Positions 19,230 to 28,757 of a stretch of DNA of 64,000 nucleotides are shown in pieces. Position 1 is the first letter of the stretch, and the number at the start of each line of letters is the position of its first letter. The stretch is from contig JAYTOU010000024.1 in the NCBI GenBank assembly GCA_043747615.1, positions 67,295-131,294 on the forward strand, in the 5' to 3' direction. Under the pieces are notes generated by a model. It worked only from the letters and a program-made list of their open reading frames with translations. It ran no database searches and was not told the origin of the DNA. Position numbers and translations under genes: made by a program. The stretch is from Myxococcales bacterium. GTDB lineage: Bacteria; Myxococcota_A; Polyangia; Polyangiales; Polyangiaceae.

Positions 19230-19478
19230 AAGCAACCAGGACGACGAGGTACGCCACGATGGCGCCCCTGCTAAGCTCGACGCCGTTCGGATGCCCCGCA
19301 AGATCGGTAGGTACACTGCGAGAGCGGAGTCAACACCACGGGGAGCGGGAGTACGCGATCATCGACACGCAGGAGTACGGCGCAATGTTGATCCTCGCCG
19401 GGTCGACGAACTTGAAGGCCATTCGCCGCGCGGTGGAGCGGGTCGAGGACATCGTCATCAAGAAAAAACCCGGCGAGC

Positions 19479-20282
19479 CTACTGCACCTGGCGCTGGTCA
19501 CCCTTGTCGCTCGTGCAGGTGCCCTTGCCGTTCGTGAGCTGGCAGGTCCACGCCGTGTCCTTGGCGTGCACGTAAATGGTGCCGGTCTTGGTCGCTCCGT
19601 CCCAATGGGCGATGTCCGACGCGACGATCACGGTCCCGTCGTTGACCTCGACCGCGTACCACCACTTCCCACCGACGTACTCGGCGTCCAGATTGATCGT
19701 TGCCTCGACCGGCGGCTTGGACAGCGTGAGGTGCACGTCGAGGAACATAAAGGTGTTGTCCGCGGTGGCCATGGCGCCCGCGCTCTTCACCTTGAAGAAC
19801 TCGCTCCCATCAACGACGCCACCGTCCGCACTACAATGATCGGCGTGAAGGCGTAGCGTAATGTCGATCGGACCGTGCGGCTGCTGCCCTTGGAGCTGCT
19901 GGATCCCCGAAAAGTCATAAACGAGGGAGCCGCCGCTCGGGCACGTGCAGCTGCCGGAGGACTGACCGTTCTGGAGCGCGGGGCACCAGGCGTTGTTCGC
20001 GCCGTTGCCGAGCACGTGGAGTGCCTGGCTCTTCACGCCGCCCGACGCGCCGCTCGAGCTCACACCGCCGTAGTTGAAGCCGTTGGCCTGGCTCGCAGCC
20101 TGGTTCTGGAAGTCGGAGAAGACCACCGATTCCTTGCCGATGGGCAGCGTGCCGGTCGGAGTCGAGAGCTTCGACTGGACGGCGTTGAAATCAGGATCCG
20201 GGCCGAACGGATTGCTCGTCGAGCTTCCGCATCCGACCATAGCCAAGGCACCCAGGAGAAAGACTGCGTTCGTGTTGAGCAT
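19479..20282 (-). CDS. Lipoprotein, hypothetical
   Basis: Lipobox MVGC, coding-like composition, several Cys. Confidence 0.7.
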   Translation of the reverse strand: MLNTNAVFLLGALAMVGCGSSTSNPFGPDPDFNAVQSKLSTPTGTLPIGKESVVFSDFQNQAASQANGFNYGGVSSSGASGGVKSQALHVLGNGANNAWCPALQNGQSSGSCTCPSGGSLVYDFSGIQQLQGQQPHGPIDITLRLHADHCSADGGVVDGSEFFKVKSAGAMATADNTFMFLDVHLTLSKPPVEATINLDAEYVGGKWWYAVEVNDGTVIVASDIAHWDGATKTGTIYVHAKDTAWTCQLTNGKGTCTSDKGDQRQVQ

Positions 20283-20376
20283 AGGCGGCCTTTATCAAGT
20301 CTCGTTCCAGCAGCGAACGGCGGGATTCATGGCAATTCGAGGCGGGGTGAGAACATCAGGTCACGCCTCGCGACGG

Positions 20377-21033
20377 TCAGAAGTACACGAGGAGGCCGGC
20401 CGAGAGACCCACGTGGAACGACGTGGCGGGAGATTCGGCCGACATCCCTCTTACGGCGTCTCGGGTCACGACCTTCCCTGCGATCGGCACGTCCATGGTG
20501 GGGCCCATCGTTACGCCGAGATGGGGAAAAGGAGTGACGACCAGAAGAGCGCTGAGGCTGAGCGCGAGCTGGCGGTGCGTGGAGGCGACTGCCGCGTTCT
20601 CCTCGGTGAGCGCGTAGTAGGTGACGCCAGCGCGAGGCCAGAACGCGATGATGGAGTTTGGCGCGAGGATGTAGCCGACGTGAGGGCCGACGCCGACGAG
20701 CGAGACGGACGGCTTGTCTCCTTTTTTTTTTACGTCGCCTCCGAGCGTCAAGGAGGCGAGCACATCGGTGCCGATCGTGAAGCGGCGCATGACCACGAAG
20801 TCGAGGACGAGGCGCGTAGCGTTGTAGACGGGCTCGTCGACATCGTCTCCGTAGATGAGCGATCCTTTTGATGCACTGTGGCTGTAGCCAGCGATGGAGA
20901 GGGTCTGCGCAGTGCTCACCACGATCTGCCCGCGCTCTCCGAGCTGCAACGGCGCAGCTGCCCGTGCGTGGGGGGTCACCGCGAGAGACGCGACAACGAC
21001 CGCTATGAAAATGTAAGCTCTCGAGGAAAGCAT
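20377..21033 (-). CDS. Small outer-membrane beta-barrel protein
   Basis: Signal peptide ending ARA, amphipathic strands, GP.VGY...FWPRAG, C-terminal YF. ATG at 21033 preferred. Confidence 0.7.
   Translation of the reverse strand: MLSSRAYIFIAVVVASLAVTPHARAAAPLQLGERGQIVVSTAQTLSIAGYSHSASKGSLIYGDDVDEPVYNATRLVLDFVVMRRFTIGTDVLASLTLGGDVKKKGDKPSVSLVGVGPHVGYILAPNSIIAFWPRAGVTYYALTEENAAVASTHRQLALSLSALLVVTPFPHLGVTMGPTMDVPIAGKVVTRDAVRGMSAESPATSFHVGLSAGLLVYF
20722..20731 (-). repeat. A10 homopolymer on the coding strand of the beta-barrel gene
   Basis: T10 on the + strand, read as GTA AAA AAA AAA GGA (VKKKG). Longest homopolymer I noticed in the window. Confidence 0.85.
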
Positions 21034-21685
21034 GGCTCGCTTCGCCTGTCGCTGCTCCGCACTACGCGTGATCTGGTTCGCGACGGTTACGGCCATCGCG
21101 CTCGATGCGCAAGCCGAATCGCCTTTGATTCAGGGACATAGCGCACCGGATCGAGTGGCATCGAAGAGCGCCGGCCCGCGTCTGCAAGACTTCGCGGAGC
21201 AAACCGTGATGGTGATCGGTGCGAACGTCGGGATCGGTGCCACGCAGGCCACGGGGGATCTGCTCAACGTCAGCTGGGGCGTATCGGTCGAGCCTTCGGT
21301 CGAAGTCTTCATCTTTCGATCCGTGTCCCTCGGAGCGACGCTCAATCTCTCGTACGCCAACTCCAAGGATCGCGGCTCGGCGGTATCGTACGGCGTAACG
21401 CCGCGGATCGGTTACGCGCTCCCCTTCGGCAAAAATGCGGGTTTCTGGCCGCGCCTCGGCCTGGGCATCCTGCGGGGAATCGCGAGCATCGACGACGCAC
21501 CGGCGTTGCACGAGAGCGTGCTCCTCCTGAATTTATTTGCGCCGATGTACTTCATTCCTGTTGGGAACGTGCTCCTCGGGATCGGTCCGGTTGTGAGCAC
21601 CGAGCTGGTCAGCCGGGTCGAGGGTGAGAGCCACGGGCTTCGAACGACGATCGGCTTTCAGACCGAGATCGCTGGCTGGCTCTGA
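21032..21685 (+). CDS. Small outer-membrane beta-barrel protein (related to the divergent neighbour)
   Basis: Signal peptide ending AQA, TPRIGY...FWPRLG, LGIGPV, C-terminal GWL. Confidence 0.7.
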   Translation: MARFACRCSALRVIWFATVTAIALDAQAESPLIQGHSAPDRVASKSAGPRLQDFAEQTVMVIGANVGIGATQATGDLLNVSWGVSVEPSVEVFIFRSVSLGATLNLSYANSKDRGSAVSYGVTPRIGYALPFGKNAGFWPRLGLGILRGIASIDDAPALHESVLLLNLFAPMYFIPVGNVLLGIGPVVSTELVSRVEGESHGLRTTIGFQTEIAGWL

Positions 21686-23087
21686 GGTACGCGTCCACGC
21701 CCGAAGCGACGCGCCTCCCGTCGGCGATCGCCCACACGACGAGTGACTGTCCGCGCGCCATGTCTCCGGCGGCGAAAACGCCTTCGACGCTCGTCGCTCC
21801 GGTCGGTGTGGTGCGTACGTTGCCGCGAGAGTCGAGAGCGACGCCGAGCTGATCGATGAGCGCGCCTTTTTCCGGACCGACGAAGCCCATCGCGAGAAGG
21901 ACGAGCTCGCACGGAATCTCGAACGTGCTGTCCGGGATCTCGGAGACCTTTCCGCCTTGCAGCGTCACCCGGACTGCCTCGAGCGCACGAACGTGGCCCT
22001 CCGCGCCGGAGAATTTTTTCGTCATGACCGCCCAATCCCGGTTGGCGCCCTCCTCTTGCGACGTGGAGGTGCGGAGGATGAGCGGCCATTCCGGCCAGGG
22101 ATTCGTGGGCAATCGGAGAAGCTCCGGCTTCGGCATGAGCTCGAGCTGGAGAACGCTCGCGGCGCCCTGACGGATCGACGTGCCCACGCAATCTGAGCCC
22201 GTGTCACCCCCGCCGAGAACGATCACCCGCTTGCCGTGCGCGTCGATCGCCGTGCAGTCTTCACGCTTCACCGCCCCGCCCGCGGCGACTCGTTTGTTCT
22301 GCTGGGTGAGGAACTCCATGGCCAGCTCGATGCCTCCGAGCTCACGCCCTTCGATCACCAAGTCGCGCGCCTGACGTGCACCGGCCGCGAGGACCACCGC
22401 GTCGAATCGGCTTCGGAGAGCGTCGCCTCCGATGTCTTGCCCGGCGTCGACGCTGGTCAAGAGCTCGACACCCTCGCTCTTGATCTGCGCGATGCGACGG
22501 TCGAGAAGCTCCTTCTCCATCTTAAAATCGGGGATGCCGTAGCGGAGAAGGCCCCCGAGGCGATCGTCTCGCTCGAAGACAGTGACGTCGTGACCTCGGC
22601 GGGCGAGCTGCTGCGCGACGGCGAGCCCTGCTGGCCCCGAACCAACGACAGCGACCGTGGACCCCGTGCGGCTCGAGGCGAGAACTGGCTCGAGCTCCTT
22701 CGAAAAGGCGACATCGGCGATGGCACGCTCCACGGCTTTGATCGTCACCGGTGCTCCGTGAATGTTGAGGACGCACGCCGCTTCGCACGGTGCGGGGCAG
22801 ACCCGACTGGTCACCTCCGGAAAATTATTTGTACTATGCAGACTCTCGAGCGCCTCGGCGTGCCGGCCGGTGTAAACGAGATCGTTCCACTCCGGAATGA
22901 GATTTCCGAGCGGGCACCCCTGGTGGCAGAACGGAATGCCGCAATCCATGCAGCGCGAGGCCTGGGCGCTCAGATCCTCATCGGACGCGGGGATCACCAG
23001 CTCGCGCCAGTCCTGAATGCGCGCTTCGATCGCTCGGTCTTTTTCTTTCTGGCGACCGAGCTTGAGGAACCCGCGGGGATCACCCAT
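21609..23087 (-). CDS. gltD: Glutamate synthase small (beta) subunit
   Basis: RCMDCGIPFCHQGCP, RVCPAPCE, GSGPAG, YGIPDFK, GGGDTGSDC, GQSLVVWAI. Confidence 0.97.
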   Translation of the reverse strand: MGDPRGFLKLGRQKEKDRAIEARIQDWRELVIPASDEDLSAQASRCMDCGIPFCHQGCPLGNLIPEWNDLVYTGRHAEALESLHSTNNFPEVTSRVCPAPCEAACVLNIHGAPVTIKAVERAIADVAFSKELEPVLASSRTGSTVAVVGSGPAGLAVAQQLARRGHDVTVFERDDRLGGLLRYGIPDFKMEKELLDRRIAQIKSEGVELLTSVDAGQDIGGDALRSRFDAVVLAAGARQARDLVIEGRELGGIELAMEFLTQQNKRVAAGGAVKREDCTAIDAHGKRVIVLGGGDTGSDCVGTSIRQGAASVLQLELMPKPELLRLPTNPWPEWPLILRTSTSQEEGANRDWAVMTKKFSGAEGHVRALEAVRVTLQGGKVSEIPDSTFEIPCELVLLAMGFVGPEKGALIDQLGVALDSRGNVRTTPTGATSVEGVFAAGDMARGQSLVVWAIADGRRVASGVDAYLRASQRSRSESRSSFEARGSHPRPG

Positions 23088-26000
23088 TCGAAATCACGCG
23101 CAAGGTGCGGTTGCCGCCGGCCATGACTTTCTTGAACTCCGTCGGGACGACCTTCACGAAGCGCACGCGCGCGCCGCCCCACGCTGAAAGGAGGCTCGCC
23201 GCTTTTTCGCTCCGCGTATGGGCGACATGCGCTTCGAGCAGCTCGCGAATCTCGGCATCGTCGCCAGCGAGGACGGGCTCGAGCTCCACCATCGAACGGT
23301 TGCAGCGCGACGCAAAGCGCCCGTCTTCGTCGTAGACGTATGCGATCCCTCCGCTCATCCCGGCTCCGAAATTTCGACCGGTCGTACCGAGGACCGCCAC
23401 CACGCCGCCCGTCATGTATTCGCAACCGTGATCGCCGATTCCTTCGACGACCGCGTGTGCACCACTGTTTCGAACGGCAAACCGTTCCCCTGCGCGCCCG
23501 GCAAAGAAGGCCATTCCGCTCGTCGCGCCGTAGAGGACGGTGTTGCCGATGATGACGTTCGCGTCGGCGCGGAAGAGCGACCGCGCAGGCGGACGGATGG
23601 CGATCACCCCTCCCGACAGCCCTTTTCCAACGTAATCGTTTGCTTCACCCTCGAGCACGAGCAGCATGCCCTTCACGGCGAAAGCGCCGAAGCTTTGCCC
23701 TGCGGAGCCGGTGGCCTCGATGGACACCGTGCCGTCGGGGAGCCCGTCCGCTCCGTGTCTTCGCGCAAGCTCTCCGGCGAGACGAGCACCGAAAGCGCGA
23801 TCGGAATTGACGAGGGTGACCCGCACCGTGGACGGCTCGCGGTGCTTGAGGCTGATGCGGGCCCCTTCGAGAAGCTCGTCGTCGCTCGAGCCCGGCCGGA
23901 TGATCTGGTCGTCGAACGAAGGCGTTGCGTCGCGCATCACGATGGGGTGGAGCACGTCGGAAAAATCGAGGAGGTTTGCTTTGGGGTGCAGCAGATCCCT
24001 CTTCGCCACGATGCATTTCGTGCGCCCGGTCATCTCGGCGACGGTGCGGAAACCGAGGGAAGCCATGATCCCGCGAAGCTCTTCGGCGACGAAGAAAAAG
24101 AAATTGATGACGTGCTCCGGCTGCCCCTCGAACAGGGCGCGTAGGACGGGATCCTGAGTGGCCACGCCGACGGGGCATGTGTTGAGATGGCACTTTCGCA
24201 TCATCACGCAGCCGGAGGCGACGAGCGGCGCAGTAGCAAAGCCAAACTCGTCCGCGCCGAGAAGCGCTGCGAAGGCTACGTCTCGACCGGTCTTGAGCTG
24301 ACCGTCGACCTGTAGGCGGACCCGCCCGCGAAGGCCATTGAGCTCGAGAATTTGCTGGGTCTCAGCGAGCCCGAGCTCCCACGGCGTCCCCGCGTGCTGA
24401 ATGGACGACAACGGTGAGGCGCCCGTGCCTCCGTCGTGCCCGGCGATGTGAATGGCGTCGGCGTGCGCCTTGGCGACACCGGCGGCGATCGTCCCCACGC
24501 CCGATTCGCTCACCAGCTTGACGCTCACCCGCGCACGCTCGTTCACGCTCTTCAGGTCGAAGATTAGCTGCGCGAGATCCTCGATCGAATAAATGTCGTG
24601 ATGCGGCGGCGGCGATATGAGGGTTACCCCCGGCGTCGCGTGCCTGACTCTGGCAATGACCGCGTCGACCTTGTGGCCAGGAAGCTGACCGCCTTCACCA
24701 GGCTTGGCTCCCTGAGCGATTTTGATCTGCAGCTCGTCTGCGTTCACCAGGTAATGCGTCGTGACTCCGAAGCGCGCCGATGCCACCTGCTTGATGGCGC
24801 TTCGCCGCAAGTCCCCGTTTTCGTCGGGTAGAAACCGTGCCGCGTCCTCTCCACCTTCGCCGCTGTTGCTCTTGCCACCAATGCGGTTCATCGCGATGGC
24901 CAGGTTCTCGTGCGCTTCTTTGCTGATGCTGCCGAAAGACATGGCGCCGGTGGCGAAGCGCCGAACGATGGCTGCGGCGGGCTCCACTTCTTCGAGAAGG
25001 ACGGGCGGACCGAATGGTTTGAAATCCCAGAGCCCGCGCAACGTGAAAGGCTGCGTTCCTTGATCGTTGATCTGGCGCGCGTACTGCGCGTAGGCGGCGG
25101 CGTCTTCCAGGCGGACTGCCCTCTGCAGATTGGCCACGGTCGACGGGCTCCACAGGTGCTTCTCGCCATCCACGCGCCACGCGTACACGCCGCCGACATC
25201 GAGAGGCCCGATGCGCTCGTCGGCAAACCCGTGCGCATGCCGCTCCAGCGCTTCTCGGGCGATCTCGCTGAGTCCAATTCCTCCGAGGCGCGACGGCGTA
25301 CCCAGAAAATAGCGCTCGATCGTGTTTTTTCCGATGCCGATGGCCTCGAAAATTTGGGCGCCGTGATAGGAGGAGAGCGTGCTGATCCCCATCTTGGAGA
25401 GGATCTTGAGAAGCCCTTTCTTGAGCGCCTTCACGTAGTTCGTCGTGGCGGCAGCGGCGTCGAGCCCACCGAGGAGATCGGCGCGCGCCATCTCCTGGAT
25501 GGCCTCGAAGGCAAGGTACGGATTCACGGCGCCAGCGCCATAACCGATGAGAAGCGCGATGTCGGCCACCTCGCGGGGCTCGCCGGATTCGACCAGGAGT
25601 CCGGCGTGCATCCGTTTACCGGCGCGAATGAGGCCGTGATGGACCGCTGAGATCGCCAGGAGACTCGGAATGGCCGCTCGGTCTTTGGCCACGCCGCGAT
25701 CGCTGAGAATGAGGAGCGAGCATCCGCTTTCGATGGCCCGCAGAGCATCCGCCATGACGCGATCGAGCGCGCGGGCGAGGGCAGGACCGGGATCAGGATC
25801 GGCGTCGGCGTCGAAGAGGATCGAGATCGTCTCGGAGCGAAAGTCCGCGAGCGTGTTTCGTTTGAGCTGCGCAAGCGCGTCGTTGGACAGAATGGGGTGG
25901 GGTAGCTCTAGGAGCCGACACTGCCCAGGCGTCTCTGCGAGCAAGTTTCCTTCGCCCCCGAGGTAGCTCGTGAGCGACATCACGAGCTCTTCGCGGATCG

Positions 26001-27585
26001 GATCGATCGGCGGGTTCGTCACCTGAGCGAACTGCTGCTTGAAGTAGCGAAAAAGAAGCTGAGGACGGACGCTGAGCACAGCGAGAGGCGCGTCGTTACC
26101 CATGCTACCGGTGGCCTCCTCGCCCGTCGAAGCCATGGGCGCGAGGATCGTACGGAGATCCTCACGGGTGTAACCGAATGCTCGCTCGAGGCGCTCCCGC
26201 TCGTCGCGGCCAATCGAATACAAGCTCGGGACCTGCGGCAAATCGGCGAGATCGATCTTGTTCGATTTGATCCACTCCGCGTAGGGCTGTCCGGCGGCGA
26301 CCTCTTGCTTGATGGCCTCGTCGTCCAAAATTCTTCCGCGCGCAGTGTCGACGAGGAACATCTTCCCCGGCTGGAGGCGGCCTTTTTCGAGAACGTCCGC
26401 CGGATCGAAGTCGAGCACACCCGCTTCGCTCGCGACGACGACGAGCCCGCTCTTGGTCACAAGCCAACGTCCAGGCCGTAGCCCGTTGCGATCGAGCGTC
26501 GCCCCAATGAGCGCGCCGTCTGTGAAAAGAAGCGCCGCGGGACCATCCCACGGCTCGACGAGCGCCGCGTGGTACTCGTAAAACGCCCTCTTCGCAGGGG
26601 ACATCTCGACTTGCGTCGACCACGCCTCGGGGACGAGCATCATCATCACGTGCGGAAGCGACCGCCCTCCGGCGACGAGAAAGTCGACCACGTTGTCGAG
26701 GGACGCCGAGTCGCTTCCGCCGGGTCGGATGATGGGCTTGAAGTCGGCGAGGTGCTCGACGAAGGTCTTGCTCTCGAGCATCGGCTCGCGCGCCGCCATC
26801 CATGTTTGGTTGCCGCGGAGCGTGTTGATCTCACCGTTGTGGGCGATGAGGCGGTACGGGTGGGCCCTCTCCCACGTCGGAAACGTGTTCGTGCTGAAGC
26901 GCGAGTGCACGAGAGCAAGGGAGCTCTTCACCTCCGCGTCACGCAGATCCTTGTAATAAAAAGCGTCGAGCCTGTCCGGGAGCGTCAGCCCTTTGTAGAC
27001 AACGGTCTTGGAGGACAGGCTCGCCAAGTAGAAGTCGTCGTGCTCCACGAACGTCATCTTCGCGATCCGCCCGGCGCGTCTACGGATCATGAAAAGCGAG
27101 CGCTCGAAGACCGGACGCGGAGCGACGCGGCCGATGAAGAGCTGACTGATCACCGGTTGACTGGCCTGCGCTACGGGGCCGATCACCCTCGAGTCTACGG
27201 GCACGTCGCGCCAGGCGATGACCTTCTGGTTGTGGTAGCGGACGGCGTCTTCGAGGATGTGCTTCTGCGCCGCGTGCCGGTGGGGATCGCGCGATAAAAA
27301 AGCCATCGCCACACCGTAGTCACCGGCGTTTGGAAGCTCGATGTCGTGGCGGGCGAGCGCACGCTCGTAGAACGCGCGCGGCAGCTGGAGCAAGATCCCC
27401 GAGCCGTCGCCGGAGTAAGGATCGCATCCGGCAGCTCCGCGATGAGCGAGGCGCCGCAAGATCTCGAGCCCCTTCACGACCACGTCGTGACTGGGCCGAC
27501 GGTGGAGCTCAGCTACGAAGCCGAGCCCGCACGCATCGTGCTCGAACGCCGGATCGTAAAGCCCCTGAGCTTTGGGAAGCGGCAT
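23080..27585 (-). CDS. gltB: Glutamate synthase large (alpha) subunit
   Basis: EHDACG Ntn Cys, HSRFSTNTFPTW, AHNGEINT, GAKPGEGGQLPG, CHLNTCPVG, GXGXG C-terminal repeats. 1501 aa. Confidence 0.98.
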   Translation of the reverse strand: MPLPKAQGLYDPAFEHDACGLGFVAELHRRPSHDVVVKGLEILRRLAHRGAAGCDPYSGDGSGILLQLPRAFYERALARHDIELPNAGDYGVAMAFLSRDPHRHAAQKHILEDAVRYHNQKVIAWRDVPVDSRVIGPVAQASQPVISQLFIGRVAPRPVFERSLFMIRRRAGRIAKMTFVEHDDFYLASLSSKTVVYKGLTLPDRLDAFYYKDLRDAEVKSSLALVHSRFSTNTFPTWERAHPYRLIAHNGEINTLRGNQTWMAAREPMLESKTFVEHLADFKPIIRPGGSDSASLDNVVDFLVAGGRSLPHVMMMLVPEAWSTQVEMSPAKRAFYEYHAALVEPWDGPAALLFTDGALIGATLDRNGLRPGRWLVTKSGLVVVASEAGVLDFDPADVLEKGRLQPGKMFLVDTARGRILDDEAIKQEVAAGQPYAEWIKSNKIDLADLPQVPSLYSIGRDERERLERAFGYTREDLRTILAPMASTGEEATGSMGNDAPLAVLSVRPQLLFRYFKQQFAQVTNPPIDPIREELVMSLTSYLGGEGNLLAETPGQCRLLELPHPILSNDALAQLKRNTLADFRSETISILFDADADPDPGPALARALDRVMADALRAIESGCSLLILSDRGVAKDRAAIPSLLAISAVHHGLIRAGKRMHAGLLVESGEPREVADIALLIGYGAGAVNPYLAFEAIQEMARADLLGGLDAAAATTNYVKALKKGLLKILSKMGISTLSSYHGAQIFEAIGIGKNTIERYFLGTPSRLGGIGLSEIAREALERHAHGFADERIGPLDVGGVYAWRVDGEKHLWSPSTVANLQRAVRLEDAAAYAQYARQINDQGTQPFTLRGLWDFKPFGPPVLLEEVEPAAAIVRRFATGAMSFGSISKEAHENLAIAMNRIGGKSNSGEGGEDAARFLPDENGDLRRSAIKQVASARFGVTTHYLVNADELQIKIAQGAKPGEGGQLPGHKVDAVIARVRHATPGVTLISPPPHHDIYSIEDLAQLIFDLKSVNERARVSVKLVSESGVGTIAAGVAKAHADAIHIAGHDGGTGASPLSSIQHAGTPWELGLAETQQILELNGLRGRVRLQVDGQLKTGRDVAFAALLGADEFGFATAPLVASGCVMMRKCHLNTCPVGVATQDPVLRALFEGQPEHVINFFFFVAEELRGIMASLGFRTVAEMTGRTKCIVAKRDLLHPKANLLDFSDVLHPIVMRDATPSFDDQIIRPGSSDDELLEGARISLKHREPSTVRVTLVNSDRAFGARLAGELARRHGADGLPDGTVSIEATGSAGQSFGAFAVKGMLLVLEGEANDYVGKGLSGGVIAIRPPARSLFRADANVIIGNTVLYGATSGMAFFAGRAGERFAVRNSGAHAVVEGIGDHGCEYMTGGVVAVLGTTGRNFGAGMSGGIAYVYDEDGRFASRCNRSMVELEPVLAGDDAEIRELLEAHVAHTRSEKAASLLSAWGGARVRFVKVVPTEFKKVMAGGNRTLRVISNG

Positions 27586-27628
27586 GTTTCGAGGCTATTA
27601 TGGAGCCCGTTGACGCAGCGCGCCAGAA

Positions 27629-28711
27629 CTAGAAACCTCGCAAGCCGAAGGCGAGTGGCACGTACAAGCAATTGTTGTCGCCGGTGCCGGTGGTCACGAA
27701 ATAGGCGGGGAGCGCGGAGAAGAGCCACTGTCCGTAGCGGGTCGTGAGCACCGCGTAGCTCACTTCGAGCTGGGGACTAAAGACGTAGTCGGTGTCGTAG
27801 CGATAGGTCGCGTTGTCTTGGACGACCTCGTGGATCGTCGCTCGCCCGCCTAGGAACCCGGCTCCGATCCACAGTGATGGGAGCGCGCGCACCGAGAAAG
27901 CAATGCCCATCGAGCCGATGCTGGTGAGCGGATTTCCCTCCGAGCCAACCGCTCCGATGGCGCGGAAGAAGAGCTCCGTCTTCTCCGTTATGGCGTAGCC
28001 GAGATCGAGCATGCCCCCAGAAGCGAGCCCAGCGGTGCTGTTGGTCTGACCCTTCGCATGACCGAACTGGTAGGGCACGAGAATGAAATGCACGCCGAAC
28101 ACGAAGTCGTCCGGTGCGGCGGGCGGCGCTGGTTTCGTCGGCAACGTTGGGGGCACATCGGCCTTCGGAGGCAGCGGCGGGCGCGCGATCGACACGCTTG
28201 CGATCTGCGTCGTCTCCACCGCATCGACGTCGGTCTGCCCGCGCCAGCCGTCCCCTTCCACAACAACGTGGTGATGCCCCACGGTGACGAGCAAGGTGGT
28301 CGGCGAAGCCTCGGCGATCGGCGTTCCATCCACGAAAATGCGGGCTCCGGGCGGATCGGTCTCGATGCGTACGCGTGGTGACCGGCCCTTGATCTGCGCG
28401 ATGGCGAGGGCCGCGGCCGGCCCGTATTCCGCAGTGTCGCCCCCTTCGGCGAGGTACGCCTCGTAGTGGTCGATCGCCGCCTGGGGGTGGGCAAGGCGCT
28501 CCTCGGTGCGCGCGAGATTGTAGACGATTACGGCGGAGTGGTGCTCGGCCTCCGCGCGTCCGAAAGCTGCGCGTGCGCCCTCGAAGTCACCTTCTTGGAA
28601 GCGCTGCACTCCTTCGACGAAGTGCTTGCGCGCGTCGTCGACGGTGCCGTCTGCATGCGCGCTCGCGCACCACAGGACGGGCAAGAAGAGAAGACCCGCA
28701 CCGACGCGCAC
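27629..28711 (-). CDS. Secreted TPR + PEGA domain protein with probable C-terminal beta-barrel
   Basis: Signal AHA, ARKHFVEG...YNLAR TPR, TDPPGARIFVDG PEGA motif, C-terminal F. Confidence 0.8.
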   Translation of the reverse strand: MRVGAGLLFLPVLWCASAHADGTVDDARKHFVEGVQRFQEGDFEGARAAFGRAEAEHHSAVIVYNLARTEERLAHPQAAIDHYEAYLAEGGDTAEYGPAAALAIAQIKGRSPRVRIETDPPGARIFVDGTPIAEASPTTLLVTVGHHHVVVEGDGWRGQTDVDAVETTQIASVSIARPPLPPKADVPPTLPTKPAPPAAPDDFVFGVHFILVPYQFGHAKGQTNSTAGLASGGMLDLGYAITEKTELFFRAIGAVGSEGNPLTSIGSMGIAFSVRALPSLWIGAGFLGGRATIHEVVQDNATYRYDTDYVFSPQLEVSYAVLTTRYGQWLFSALPAYFVTTGTGDNNCLYVPLAFGLRGF

Positions 28712-28757
28712 GCGCCGAGGCTACTCGACCTAACGCGGCCAAGCACGCAAGGACGCT

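Noticed and set aside
19205..19537. 110-aa + strand ORF ending in HPCRSCRCPC as a metal-binding protein
   Set aside because: The Cys-rich end is simply the antisense of the 19479-20282 lipoprotein gene. Only the middle looks coding, so it is listed as possible debris.
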